A stretch of DNA of 64,000 nt from Batkoa obscura. Lineage: Eukaryota. Of this stretch, positions 51,951-64,000 are shown piece by piece. The number at the start of each line of letters is the position of its first letter. Position 1 is the stretch's first letter. A program made the translations under genes and the position numbers. Below the pieces are notes generated by a model. The model was not told the origin of the DNA. It ran no database searches and saw nothing but the letters and a program-made list of their open reading frames with translations. The stretch spans positions 1 through 64,000 of the forward strand of contig JASVEC010000019.1 of the NCBI GenBank assembly GCA_030770535.1, read 5' to 3'.

Positions 51951-52219
51951 ATATTTTGTATCATTTATACTGTCCAATATGCTTTTGAAACAAGTTCATT
52001 AGTTATATAACTTACAAAAATAATAAAGAACAGATTTTTATAACTGCATATTTAACTTTGACATTAATTCTAGGATATACTCTTTATGATTTACAATTGA
52101 TAATACTAGAATAAGTGATAACAGGAATTGATAGGACTAATAATTCTTAAACCAAAGTAATCTGGTAGCGATTAGTAGAGACAACCACCAAAAAAAACTT
52201 TAGATTAAATTTAATATAT

Positions 52220-52318
52220 GGGAATGTATTTTTTTGTTCAAGGATTTTACTAACAATCTTTCTACTCAAATAGTGCTTAAAAGGTGGAAAAAATAATGAA
52301 ACCAAAAAAACCATCCCC
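52220..52318 (+). mobile_element. ~97-bp MITE copy
   Basis: ATAT TSD; near-identical to the 39421 copy. Confidence 0.9.
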
Positions 52319-52338
52319 ATATATTTTTTATATAATAT

Positions 52339-52434
52339 GGGAGTGTTTTTGACTTCATTATTCTTTCCATTTTTTAAGCGCTATTTAAGCCGAAAACTTG
52401 TTAGTAAAATTCTTAAGCACAAAAATACACCCTC
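52339..52434 (-). mobile_element. ~97-bp MITE copy
   Basis: ATAT TSD. Confidence 0.85.
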
Positions 52435-52635
52435 ATATATTGATTTTATTTTTATATGAATAAATATACCTTGAGATACAGCAATCTCAAATGGTAAATT
52501 GGGCCTTTATATGAAACTATACTAAAAGTATGCTTATAAGAAAAGTTAAATATAAAACAAACAATCTATTTTAATTCATAACTATCCTTACTTATAATAA
52601 CTTGATTTTAATTATTTAGTTTAAAAATTTTATAT

Positions 52636-52733
52636 GGGGATGTATTTTTGTATTTAAGAATTTTACTGACAATTTTTCCACATAAATAGCGCTTAAAAAA
52701 TGGAAAAATAATGAAACTAAAAAAAACAGCCCC
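52636..52733 (+). mobile_element. ~97-bp MITE copy
   Basis: ATAT TSD; sister of the 51853 copy. Confidence 0.9.
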
Positions 52734-52972
52734 ATATTATAATTCTATTTTTGTCTTTCAAATAGAAAAAATAGTATAAAGATATTAAGATCATAATAAA
52801 TCGACATATACGATATTGATAAAGAAATTACATCTGAAATAGTCACCAGTATGATTTATTCAAAATGATCTTATAATGATCAATCTATCACCTTTAATTT
52901 AAATACCTACTTAGGCTTTAATTAATCTTCTTTTTGCTTATTTAAATAAAAAGCTACAAAATTTATATAAAT

Positions 52973-53076
52973 GGGAATGTATTATTTTTTTGTTTAATAA
53001 TTTTATTAACAATTTTTCCACTTAAATAGCGTTTAAAAGATAGAAAAAATAATGAAGCCAAAAAAAACATCCCCCC
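52973..53076 (+). mobile_element. ~97-bp MITE copy
   Basis: Consensus match. Confidence 0.85.
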
Positions 53077-53512
53077 ATTTGTATATTGAAAAAATCGAAT
53101 TTCAATTTGAAGTATTATTTACCAATTATTAAAAATTGTATATAATATCAATTTTATTTGATAAATTTATTTACAACACGGTTTTTTTTCAATTTTAGTC
53201 ATTTAAAAATATTTAACAATAAGGTCAGAAATCAATTAAATTAATCTAAAGTTAAACTTAAATTGAGAGAACAAAGTATAAGAAGGCTAAAATTGCAACC
53301 TTTTTATTCAGTATACTAACTCAATTCTTTTAGCTTAATACTAACATTTTTTTAGGTTGAACTAGTCAGACAGCTTCTGGTGTTTAGTAGTTAGAGCTAC
53401 TAGGAATTTTAGAATAAATGTACGTTTTATTTGCTTTAAATACTATACTATTTTGCTATTATGCTACCAAAGATTTTAGAATAATGTACATTTTTTTAAA
53501 TTTAATTCAATA

Positions 53513-53750
53513 CAATAGCCATCTTTTTATTATTGCTCCTAATGGCTATCGTAAAAGCAGTGACTTTGAAGCTGGCATGCTTGTAGCTGATCTCCAACAA
53601 ATTAAGGAACTAAATATAGACCATGTAAATATGCTATTGTCTATATAGCTGATGCATATCCCGCGAAATTGGGAGTATGGTCACGGTTTCATTTGGATTT
53701 GGCCTTATGAATAGTGTGATCATATCCCCTTTTTTGTGTTAGGGCTATTG
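53513..53750. ncRNA. Candidate structured non-coding RNA (unassigned)
   Basis: GC-elevated island with a closing helix CAATAGCC/GGCTATTG and three internal hairpins; no family motif recognised. Confidence 0.3.
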
Positions 53751-55320
53751 ATGTATGTGTTGATTTATAGTAAAATTTTAAAGGATCAAACTGTTTTCAA
53801 TTATTATTATTCTATTTGTTAATAGTTTTAAATATGTTTTATTAATGTATATTTTAATCAACTTAGGTTTATTTATTAAAACAATATTGAATAGTAAAAT
53901 AAGAGATGATTAACGTATAGAGGTAGTTGTAATATCTTTGAAGTTTTGCTACCAATCTAAAGATTAATAATAGGTGTCAATTGTCAACCTTTTAGATGGT
54001 TCAATTGAACAACAAATAGGAATTGGGACAAATTGACATAAAGCATTATTTTTTAATTCGCCTTACAATACTATTACCAGCTTCATCGTCGTTAAATACA
54101 TCTTAAGATGCAGTAATCTCGAAATTTAAAGTTTTTTCTTTTTATAAATATAACAAAAGTACAAACAGTTAAATTGAATCTGTAGCGAATATTAGCTGTA
54201 AGGTTTTCCTTACCAATGTTGACATATGAGTAGCTAAAAAGTTAAGTGAAACGCTTTAAACATTGTTATTTGAAATGGAATATCAGATCATTAGCGATAA
54301 TAATTTTTCTAATAAAACAAAGTGATTGTCAGTAGGCTTTTACAGATATCTATGTTTTTAACAATAATCAAATTATTTTATTTTGACAAGGATTGCTACT
54401 TAATTTTAGTTGAAGTAGTAGTTCATAATTGATATTTAACTTAGAGGAATAAGTAAAATTTATAGAGTAAAAAAATAAGAATACAAAAGAGATGTTATAT
54501 TAAGAAAATATAACAATAAAAATAGTAAAATAAGCCTTTGAAATTTTATTTCGTTTAATCATCTACATTTTGTAATAGCAGAGGGGCAGCTTTGGTTTTG
54601 TGAATCATCTAAATTTAGTTTCGTTATTTATTTGTAACTTTTCATATCCTTTTCAACTGGTTCTTTTGTAAATCAATCATTGTACCTGATCAATAAAATA
54701 AATCACCATATTTGTTTATTAGCTAATATAAACTTTACTTATTCACATCACCAGATGATAAATTGTAGTTATATTTTTACTTTCTAGCTGAATAAAATTA
54801 GTATAATGATAGCTGTTGTTACTTTGTCTAGATTTTATTAACTCAATATAATAATCCATTACCATCAAAAATATACAATTTCTTTGTTGTAGTTTTGAAG
54901 CATCGAAAATATTGGCTGTTACCCAGCTATTTAATCAAATAAGCAGGAGATCTCACTTGCTTTCACAATGGCATGGATAAAATCCTTAATTTTTAACTTA
55001 ACGTTAATAAAACAATTAGTAGCATGTAATCATAAATAATTAACAACGATAAATTCATTTAAGTGACTTTTTATATTTTATATAACTATTGTGGTATAAT
55101 ATTCTATTTGTGTTAATTTTTATTAATTCCAAACTCATCCTGTTTTAAAAACTATAAAAAAGCTCAACTCTTTATATTGTTAAATATTAGACGTACATTT
55201 AAATTTAACAAACTTCAAAGAGATAAAATAAAGTGAAATAAAAAATGAATTCTGAAATCCTAAAAGTAGATTAAAATATTTAAATTTACTCATCATAATC
55301 TTTATTTAGCTACTCTATAA

Positions 55321-56091
55321 TCACTCTTGACTAGGTTTTACTTCTATCTCAGTAACTGCTTCTTCAAGAGTTTCTGTATTGGCAGAGTTTTCAGTACCCT
55401 CATTGCTTTTATTATCAACTTCATTTAAGCCCTCCTTTTTAATAGCAACATTTCCGCTGTTATCCAATTCTACTTTAGGCTTTGAATCTATATTATCTAA
55501 AATCTCAACTTTAGTTTCCTTATCGTCTTTATTATTGATCATTTGCATAGTGTTTGAAGTTATCTCAGCTTGATTTTCCCTATTAAAAATATGGTGAGCA
55601 GCCTCATTTACTTTGGAGATAGATACGCCAAGTCTCTTTTTGATTCTATTGATAAATCCAGTTACAATATTATTAGATAAATCGTAAATCTGATTAGTTA
55701 AATCTAAAATAACTTGTTCGTTTTCAACTAGAAATGGATGAAATACATTGTCATAAATATTTAAGTGACCATTTAACTTTGGGTAAGTGATGTAAAATAG
55801 TGAAATGTATTTTATCTCATAGTAGTAAAATATCCTAAAGATTAATATCAATAATAAACATAAAATAATAAGGTCGTATTACCAACTGAAAAAAATATCA
55901 ATGAATTGTTCAAGCGTTAGATAGGCGATTAAACAAAACCAAAATTTTGAGATTGATGCTAACTCTTTCTCATTTTTAATAGCTTTATAAGTTTTAAAAC
56001 TTGGGATTAAAAAACAGTATATGATTCTATTAAATAATGAGTTGATTTTTATATTGAAATGACAATTTTACTTATAAATATCTACAATCAT
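55321..56091 (-). CDS. REEP/DP1/HVA22 (TB2) family protein, second paralog
   Basis: FLIPSFKTYKAIK...KFWFCLIAYLTLEQFIDIFFSWIFYYYEIKY; same 2-intron layout as 22290-23242. Confidence 0.85.
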
Positions 56092-56576
56092 TATTTTGAC
56101 TAAAGAAAAGAAATTTATTTATAAAACTATTCTTTGATTTAAATAGTTCAATCTTATCTACAAATAAGAATTTACTCGAGATTAATTTATAATATTGATG
56201 TAAATTTATTATTTTGATTAAAGCTATTTAGTAAAAACAAAGATAAAAGCTTATAAGTTTAAAATTTTATCTATATTTTAGTAAATAATGAATTAAATTG
56301 ACTCGCAATTAAATTATTATGACTAAAAGAAATTAGAGCTATATGAGGCTAGCAAATACCTAAGAAGTATCAACAACTAATATCAACTTTATATTAAGAT
56401 AAAATTTAATCATTATTTTTATATTATCTTAGTTGATTACTAATATTTCTATATCGTGTTATACTCATCTTTTATTCAAATTGTTCAATAATAATTGAAC
56501 TATTATTTTTCTAGTGAATTTGAAACAAATTTAAGCCATAGCAAAAAAATTTTAAAAACTACTTTTTATTCTAACA

Positions 56577-57739
56577 ATGCCATTTGGACAAGTAAAACAT
56601 AAAGAATAAGGATAAAGCAAGGATTAAAATAAGTAAGGTAGTAATAGGACCACCAGGATCAGGCAAAACAAGCTATTGTTATGGAGCAGAACAATTTTTC
56701 TCGGGTTTAAAAAGGTAGTTACTACTTATTATCAGTTTCATTTAAACTTTATTCTTAGAAAAACGATTATTATCAATTTAGATCCAGCTAATGAAAATAT
56801 TCCTTATACACCCGCCATTGATATTAATGACTTAATTACAGTACAAGATGTTATGGATGAATTTCAATTGGGACCTAATGGGGGTATGGTTTATTGTATG
56901 GAGTATTTGGAGAAAAATATAGACTGGTTAATAAATAAACTTACAAAATTTGAAGGTAAATAAACAAATGGAAATTTAAACAATGTTAACTTTATTTAGA
57001 TTCTTATTTTATATTTGATTTTCCTGGACAAGTTGAACTGTATACTCATAATTATTCGGTAAAAAACATATTAGATAAATTACAAAAACTGGACTTTAGA
57101 GTAATTTAAAACGTCAATATTTTAAGATCCTATTTACAATTTTTAGTTGACTGCTGTACATCTAGTAGATGCCCATTACTGTACTGATCCAGTGAAGTAT
57201 ATATCAGTTTTACTAGTATCACTGAAGACAATGTTGCTGTTAGAGTTGCCTCATGTCAATGTACTTTCAAAGTTAGATCTAATTCAAAGTTACGGAAAAT
57301 TAGGTAATATCAATCAAAGCCAAATATCAAATTAAAACAATTTAAAAATAATAGCCTTTAGGTTAGAATTTTATACAGAAGTTATGGATTTAAGCTATCT
57401 TTTAGAACAGCTTAACGAAGAGCAGATGGGAACGAAATACCACAAGCTAACAGAAGCGCTTTCCTCTTTAGTTGAAGAGTTCGGGCTAGTCCATTTCCAC
57501 CCCTTAATGGTCGAAGTTGGTTTTTTTCACTATATATTATATTATTAACTCATTTATTTAAGGATAAAAAATCCATGATTTCATTGATGAAAGCCATCGA
57601 TAAAGCGAACGGCTATGTTTTTGGAGGCTTGGATGAGGACAACACTTCTTTGTTATTATCGAATATTAAGGTGCTTGATAACACTGAGTTAATAAGCGAT
57701 ATGGAACAGATTTATATAAAAGAAAGAGAAGAGTTATAA
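56577..57739 (+). CDS. GPN2: GPN-loop GTPase 2
   Basis: [59 protein letters not shown]; 6 introns. Confidence 0.93.
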
Positions 57740-57853
57740 ATAACTTTTGCAAAATAAATTAATAAACGAGACCCTACACAAACTATGACTATTAATTTAC
57801 AATAATCACATAATTAAGATCATTTATTTATATAAGGCGATATGAGAATTAAC

Positions 57854-58786
57854 TCAAAGCAAGCTAGTTTTTCTTTTACTTAAAATAGAAAATGAAAATC
57901 TACGAATTCTTAATGGGGTTGTAGGAGGCACTAGAAAATCCCAGGACTTTTTAGACCTTAACATAAAGGCATTTTCATCCATTTCTTTCCCTTTAGAAGC
58001 AGTATCTATTAATATATTAATTAAGGCAAGGTCTTTATGTAACTCATCGTCTATATCTTTAAATTGATTTAGAGTATTAACAAGCTTTGAATGATACTCT
58101 TCCAACTGTGTGTACCTTAAACTTTCCTGAAAAAAATTAGAGCATATATAAGTATATATGCATATAACTACCTTATCTACTTCTTGGAATTGAAGCTTAA
58201 TTAGAGTTCTTATGACATAAATGACTCTAAAATTAATCAGTATATAAATGGATATTCTTATATGTGCACTAGAGTCAAATAAATAGATGATATCGAATAG
58301 CAGGCATATAGAAATAAGGAAAATATCTAAAACATTGAATAAAGAACTAAAGTAACTCTTAAAGCCAAGGTAATAACCTCGCAATATGGCTTCACATAGA
58401 AATAAGATAAAAATAACAATATTCGTGTATAAGGAAGCTTTTAATAATGAAACATTAAACGGGTTGTTTGGTACTTAAAAAAAGTATTAGCTTTATAAAA
58501 TGTAATGAAAATAAAGAACAGTACCTATAAATAAATCGGATATGGATAAAAATAAGTTCATAAAAGCTAAAATAGTGACTGTATACAAAAAAGATTTTTC
58601 AAAAATTATAGTCGCAACTTTCCTTTTAAAATATATAGAATAAGGTTCATTATCAGCTCTGTTATAGGTTTCTTCATTAGTTATATTGTACTCTGCATCT
58701 AAAGCTTGTAGTTCTTGAACTACGCTCCGAAGGATCATAGCTTTTTCTACCACTAAGCCTTCATGTTCAAAATATTTTTCATCCAT
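57854..58786 (-). CDS. Four-TM voltage-sensor-domain protein (Hv1/TMEM266-like)
   Basis: S2 LFLCEAILRGYYLG, S3 FNVLDIFLI, degenerate S4 NFRVIYVIR, C-terminal coiled coil; 2 introns. Confidence 0.6.
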
Positions 58787-60192
58787 CCTTTTAAAAAGTA
58801 AACTTTTGTTAAATTTATTTTTTAAATACTATTCACTAATTTTAGTTGATCGTATATCCCCATTTATTTACGTTAAATTTTTGTCTAAAATTTAAATGAA
58901 GTTGAATTTGATAATCAAAATTTAATTTAACTTAAATTAAGTTTTCAACCATTCTAGATTTCTAATAAATAAAATAGTAAAAAGAAATTACTGTTAAATG
59001 TTGCGCTAACAACCATTGTTTTTACAAATAATTTTATTCCTTTTTATTCTTATAAAGTAGACACTCATTTTTTGAGTTATGTTAAATAAGTATGACATTC
59101 TAATGATTAAAATTAAAATATTTAAAGAATACAGTTAAGAATTATAAAATTTGGTTAATTTTGTCTTAAAGATGTTATTGATTTTGATATTTGATTTAAA
59201 CAGGATAGATGCATCAAGGCCTTTTATTATATTGTATAAAAATATCTAAATAATACAAGCATTTTGCTTGTAATTTTATATGCTAATATTGTAAACAGTT
59301 ACATTAAAAACTTCATTTAAAATAATTTGTTTTTAAAGCAGATGATTTTTTTATTAGATTGTTAATAAACCACTGTTATTAATAATCGAATAGTTAAAAA
59401 AGTATAGTTGCATCTCTTTATAATATCTTATAATAACCTCAATAATTACAATAATAAGTCACAAATCCAATTTAAAATCGGAACAGTATTGAGAAAAGTT
59501 TAAAACTTGTTTTTACTGGTAGGATAATATTAAGCCAATCAAAAGTGTGAACACAGGAAAGTGATGCAATAAATAGATAATTCATACTTTTGATTAGCTA
59601 TTAATATTAAATATGATCTAATAATATCCATTTATAATTATTTAAGCCCAAAAAGAAGCAAAGTATTTTTCGATAATAAATTACCGAGCCAGTAAAATCG
59701 TTCTATCTATCTCATTAATTGCTTAAACAGCTCCACTCAAATATGTGCTTAAAGCCAATAAAGAATCACTATAGCGTCTTCTTCACAAACGATTGGTTTA
59801 AATTTTTATTTTGATCTTGAGGGGGAAACTATGGGCTTAAAAAAACAAACCAACTAAACAGCCAAGTTAACGGGTAAATCAAATTAATACCAATTGTTCA
59901 TAACCCACTTTAAATATTAATTTCTTTTTAACTAAGAATTTGAGGATTGTGGCTTTGAATTGAATTTCTATAACTCTATCTCAACTTCCTTTAAAACTAT
60001 AAACTAGTGTCTATCCAAAGTACATTAAGCTTCCTATATTTAATAAGACTATACTCTCTGTAGGTATTTTCTTTTATTTTCTCTGTTCTTATTCTTAATT
60101 TAGAGTATTTTTCCTTTAACATCAACTTATTAAATCCCAAACTCATTATCTCACTCATAGAAATATCATTAATATTTACATAATTCATAAAA

Positions 60193-60930
60193 ATGCAGAC
60201 AATTAAATGTGTAGTAGTAGGTGATGGTGCCGTCGGAAAGGTATTTTAATTATTTAAAATTATGTCAGCTTGAATTAATTTAATTTAATTTAATTTAATT
60301 TAGACTTGTCTTCTTATTTCATACACTACTAACAAATTCCCCTCGGAGTATGTTCCAACCGTAAGTGACTCTAGATATTTATAAATTTATGTTCAAGCTT
60401 TATTAGGTATTTGACAATTATGCCGTTACTGTTATGATAGGTGAAGAACCTTATACTCTTGGTCTTTTTGATACAGCAGGTAAATAACTATCACATTAGT
60501 AAAATCTCATTTATTTATTATTTTAGGTCAGGAGGATTACGATCGTTTAAGACCTCTTTCATACCCTCAAACTGACGTATTTTTGGTTTGCTTTTCAGTA
60601 ACATCCCCAGCTTCATTTGAAAACGTTAAAGAGAAATGGTTCCCAGAAGTACACCATCATTGTCCAGGAGTTCCATGTTTAATTGTTGGTACTCAAATGG
60701 ATCTTCGTGATGATCCAGCAGTTATTGAAAAGCTTGCACGTCAACGCCAAAAGCCAATTTCCACAGATCAAGGTGAACGTTTAGCTCGTGAGCTCAAAGC
60801 AGTAAAATATGTAGAATGTTCAGCACTTACTCAATCTGGACTTAAGAATGTATTTGATGAAGCTATCGTAGCAGCTTTAGAACCACCAGTTACTCGAGGA
60901 AGTAAAAAAGGAGGCTGTACTCTTTTATAA
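60193..60930 (+). CDS. CDC42: Rho-family GTPase Cdc42
   Basis: [40 protein letters not shown]...CTLL (CAAX); 3 introns. Confidence 0.97.
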
Positions 60931-61757
60931 TTTGAGAGAATTAAACCATGGGAATTAGCATTCCATAAAGAACCCTATTCGATTTAACATCCATGAAAGC
61001 GCGTAAATTTTAATCCATTTTCCCCTTTTCTTTTATTCATAATAACATTGTTTAAACTACTCATAAAATAGTTTCGGTAATTTTTTTATTTGGCTATCTT
61101 TAAGATTGAATTTAATTAGTATTATTATCATAGAATCTTTATATTCAACTGAAGTCTTTTTTGTTAGATTAAATATGAATATATATTACATCTAGCTTAT
61201 ACTATTTATAATTGAATTTAATCTTTCTTATAAGACAATAGAATAATCGTTAGGACTACTTCAATCTTTATTTACATTAAAATATTAAGCCTTTTATCAA
61301 CTGGTAAGCTTCAAGCTATATGCTAAATAACCAACACCTCAAACATCTTGTAAGTAGGACTGTTATACTACAATATTGTGTATAGCTATATAAACTATAT
61401 TATTGTACATTTTATATATATAACTTAGCTTTAATAGATTTAAAAACAATCATAAGATAGCAATATACTTAATATATTTATCATTTACTCTATTTTTGAA
61501 GTTAATAATAACTATTACTTGTCAAGATCATTTTCTAATATAAACTTAGGTTAATTCTTTTGTTTGTTATTTGAAATAATTATATATGCTAGATTGCTAA
61601 ATAAGTCACAATGAGCATAAAAAATAAGTGAATTATAAAATTTAGCCAATTAAGTAGCATAATTCACTCACATAATAATAGTATAAATAAATTAGTTTAT
61701 AAATTTAAGGAGTAATAGGTATAAATAACAATCTTAATTAATTTTGTGACTTTTAAG

Positions 61758-62848
61758 ATGTCAACTACAAATAGCAACAAATTTTTAAAAATCGATATTC
61801 ATACTCATATACTACCAAAACAATTACCAGACTTATCTCGTAAATATGGTTATGGTTCTTGGGTTTCTCTGGATCACTTTGAACCTGTAAGTAGTTTACA
61901 GCTATTAAATAATAATATATTAATCTGATTTAGGGTAAAGCAAACATGATGAAGGATGGAAAAAACTTCAGAACCATCGAATGTAACTGCTGGTCTTCAT
62001 CTCAACGTATAAAAGAGTGCAATGATACTGGAGTAGATGTTCAGGTCATTTCTACTGTCCCAGTTATGTTCAACTACTGGGCAAAACCTCAACACACTTT
62101 AGATCTTGCTAAATATTTAAATGATCATGTAGCTCAAACAGTAGCTGAGGATCCTTCTAGATTTATTGGCTTAGGCACTTTACCTATGCAAGCTCCGGAT
62201 CTTGCCATTCAAGAGATGAAACGTTGTGTTAATGAGCTAGGATTACCTGGGGTACAGATAGGCTCTCATATCAATGAATGGAATTTAGATGCACCAGAAC
62301 TAGATCTCTTTTTTAAAGCAGCAGAAGAGCTTGGGTGTGTTATTTTTGTTCATCCTTGGGATATGGAAACAAAGGGGCGAATGGAAAAATATTGGTTTCC
62401 CTGGCTTATTGGTATGCCTTGTGAAACCACTATTGCTGTTTGCTCCTTAATCTTTGGAGGTGTTTTTGATCGCTATCCTAAACTTAAGGTTTGCTTTGCC
62501 CATGGAGGCGGATCGTTTTTGGCTACCTTAGGTAGAATCGATCATGGCTTCAATGTAAGACCAGATTTGTGTGCCACACACATTAAGAAACCACCTTCTA
62601 GCTATTTAAAACAAATCTTTGTTGATTCTTTAGTTCATGATTTAGATGCCTTAAAGTTTATGGTTGGTAAAGTAGGTGTAGATAATATTTTATTAGGTTC
62701 TGATTATCCATTTCCGCTCGGTGAACATCATCCTGGTAAACTCATTGAGGATGCTTCTGAATTTAGCGATGAGGATAAAGAAAAAATGTTATCTGGGAAT
62801 GCATTGAAACTTTTCAACTTAAAACCTGAGAACTATTTGCGCAACTAA
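61758..62848 (+). CDS. ACMSD: 2-amino-3-carboxymuconate-6-semialdehyde decarboxylase (amidohydrolase_2)
   Basis: KIDIHTHILP, STVPVMFNYWAK, FVHPWDM, PWLIGMP, AHGGGSF, GSDYPFPLGE; 1 intron. Confidence 0.92.
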
Positions 62849-63065
62849 TTTGATGTATATTATGGCTATGGATTCATTTACTTCTACTATTATTATTAAA
62901 TGATATTGTTTTTATCACTATATTTTATTTTATTGTATCTATTTGTTATGAGCCATCTTTTATTCTTTTTATAGAGTCTAAAATGGTGTAATATTTATCC
63001 CTGATTTTTAATAATTTAGAATCGTGGTACTTATTAAAACTATCTTTAATTTCTTAAAGTATAAA

Positions 63066-63561
63066 ATGGATTACACGAACTTAGAGTTAAGATTAAACAC
63101 GCTAATAAACCAACAAGTAGAAAAAATCCAGACCGAAATAAAGTCTAACAATGACTTACCAAATCACCTTATACCAAGTTCTCGATTATATGTTAATAAA
63201 GAAGAAGGTTTATTATTAATAGAAATAAAGACCAAAAAAGTAATTTCAAAATTTTATTTAATAAATTAAAAACTAAAAGAGTACTTAGGGGATTAAGCTA
63301 GACATAACAACTTTGAAATACTATCAACCATTTATAAAAATAGCTGGGAACTGTCTTTCAAAGGTGAGTGAGATTGAGCTTGGGCTACCTGATTTAGACC
63401 AACATTCTTTGGTCCCGAAGTTTTATCAACAGGAAAATAGACAATTTGAATTAACTATTACTTTACCTCATCATTTCGGTGAATTACCAACGGATATTCA
63501 TTATATTCATGCTAAGTTTGTTGTTCCTAATCTCCTTAAGATCTATATTCCTATTGTTTAA
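63066..63561 (+). CDS. Small HSP20/alpha-crystallin-like protein
   Basis: Spliced (intron ~63240-63288): LLLIEIKTKKGIKLD...IKIAG...FELTITLP...IHAKF...LLKIYIP matches the HSP20 strand pattern. Confidence 0.55.
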
Positions 63562-63882
63562 GTTTTTACTTATGAAATAGTCAAGAATTCTTAAATATCG
63601 CTTTCAGATGATATATTATAATCTTATTCAAATATAGTTATCTAAACTAAAACAAGTAATGTTTAAATTTATACATTATAACTATCAATTATAAAACAAC
63701 AGATAATTAATAAATAGTAATCATCAGACCCTTTAATGAGCATAATAAAAAACTTTAATAACCTTCTATTTAATCAAGCGTTATAATACATCGCTATTGT
63801 GTAACTCCTATGATTCTTAATAAAGACTTTACTATAATTTTAATTAAAATTGGGTTTACTTTTTAGACGAAAAATAAACTAC

Positions 63883-64000
63883 CTGTTTTTCAACTGTAAA
63901 CAAATACTCGGGTTCTCATTTTCTTTATTGTGAAACTCTCCAATTTCTTTGACTCTACGACCAATACTCGCTAAATATCCTGAAGCGGATGAACTGGCTG
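63883..64000 (-). CDS. Exon of a gene extending beyond the window (unknown product)
   Basis: Open frame ASSSASGYLASIGRRVKEIGEFHNKENENPSICLQLKKQ followed by a GTAGTT donor. Confidence 0.4.

Noticed and set aside
51682..52002. 106-aa ORF, and similar ORFs at 9914, 25801, 27630, 37728, 47686 and 47714
   Set aside because: Chance read-through of MITE sequence.
47729..53076. Clustered ~97-bp repeats as a CRISPR-like array
   Set aside because: Mixed orientation, irregular spacing, TIRs and individual TSDs in a eukaryotic context identify them as MITEs; no cas genes.
53671..53682. GGGAGTATGGTC resembling 18S rRNA
   Set aside because: The match does not extend; no rRNA or tRNA genes were recognised in the window.

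Overview
Very AT-rich, intron-containing eukaryotic DNA (GT-AG introns mostly ~40-95 nt). Gene content (class-A-like GPCR, F-box/LRR protein, P450 paralogs, LPMO-like protein, fungal housekeeping genes) points to an early-diverging fungus, most plausibly an entomophthoralean such as Conidiobolus/Neoconidiobolus; this is inference. Core genes are HEM2, AsnRS and HisRS (head-to-head), mL40, PRS, pinin, GPN2, CDC42 and ACMSD. Accessory genes are three P450s (one pseudogenised), GH16, an LPMO-like protein, two REEP/DP1 paralogs, a voltage-sensor-like protein and a secreted Cys-rich orphan. The dominant non-genic signal is a ~97-bp MITE family (about 34 copies, GGGG...CCCC-type ends, 4-bp TSDs). 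Its terminus matches one end of a disrupted Sola-like DDD transposase element at ~31.2-33.4 kb, which itself carries one MITE copy and a 465-bp solo-LTR-like element. Neighbouring MITE copies often form inverted sister pairs sharing private variants. There is also a candidate structured ncRNA at ~53.5-53.75 kb. Single-base homopolymer frameshifts in essential genes indicate assembly indel errors, so frameshift-only pseudogene calls are unsafe. All calls are by eye; no searches were run.
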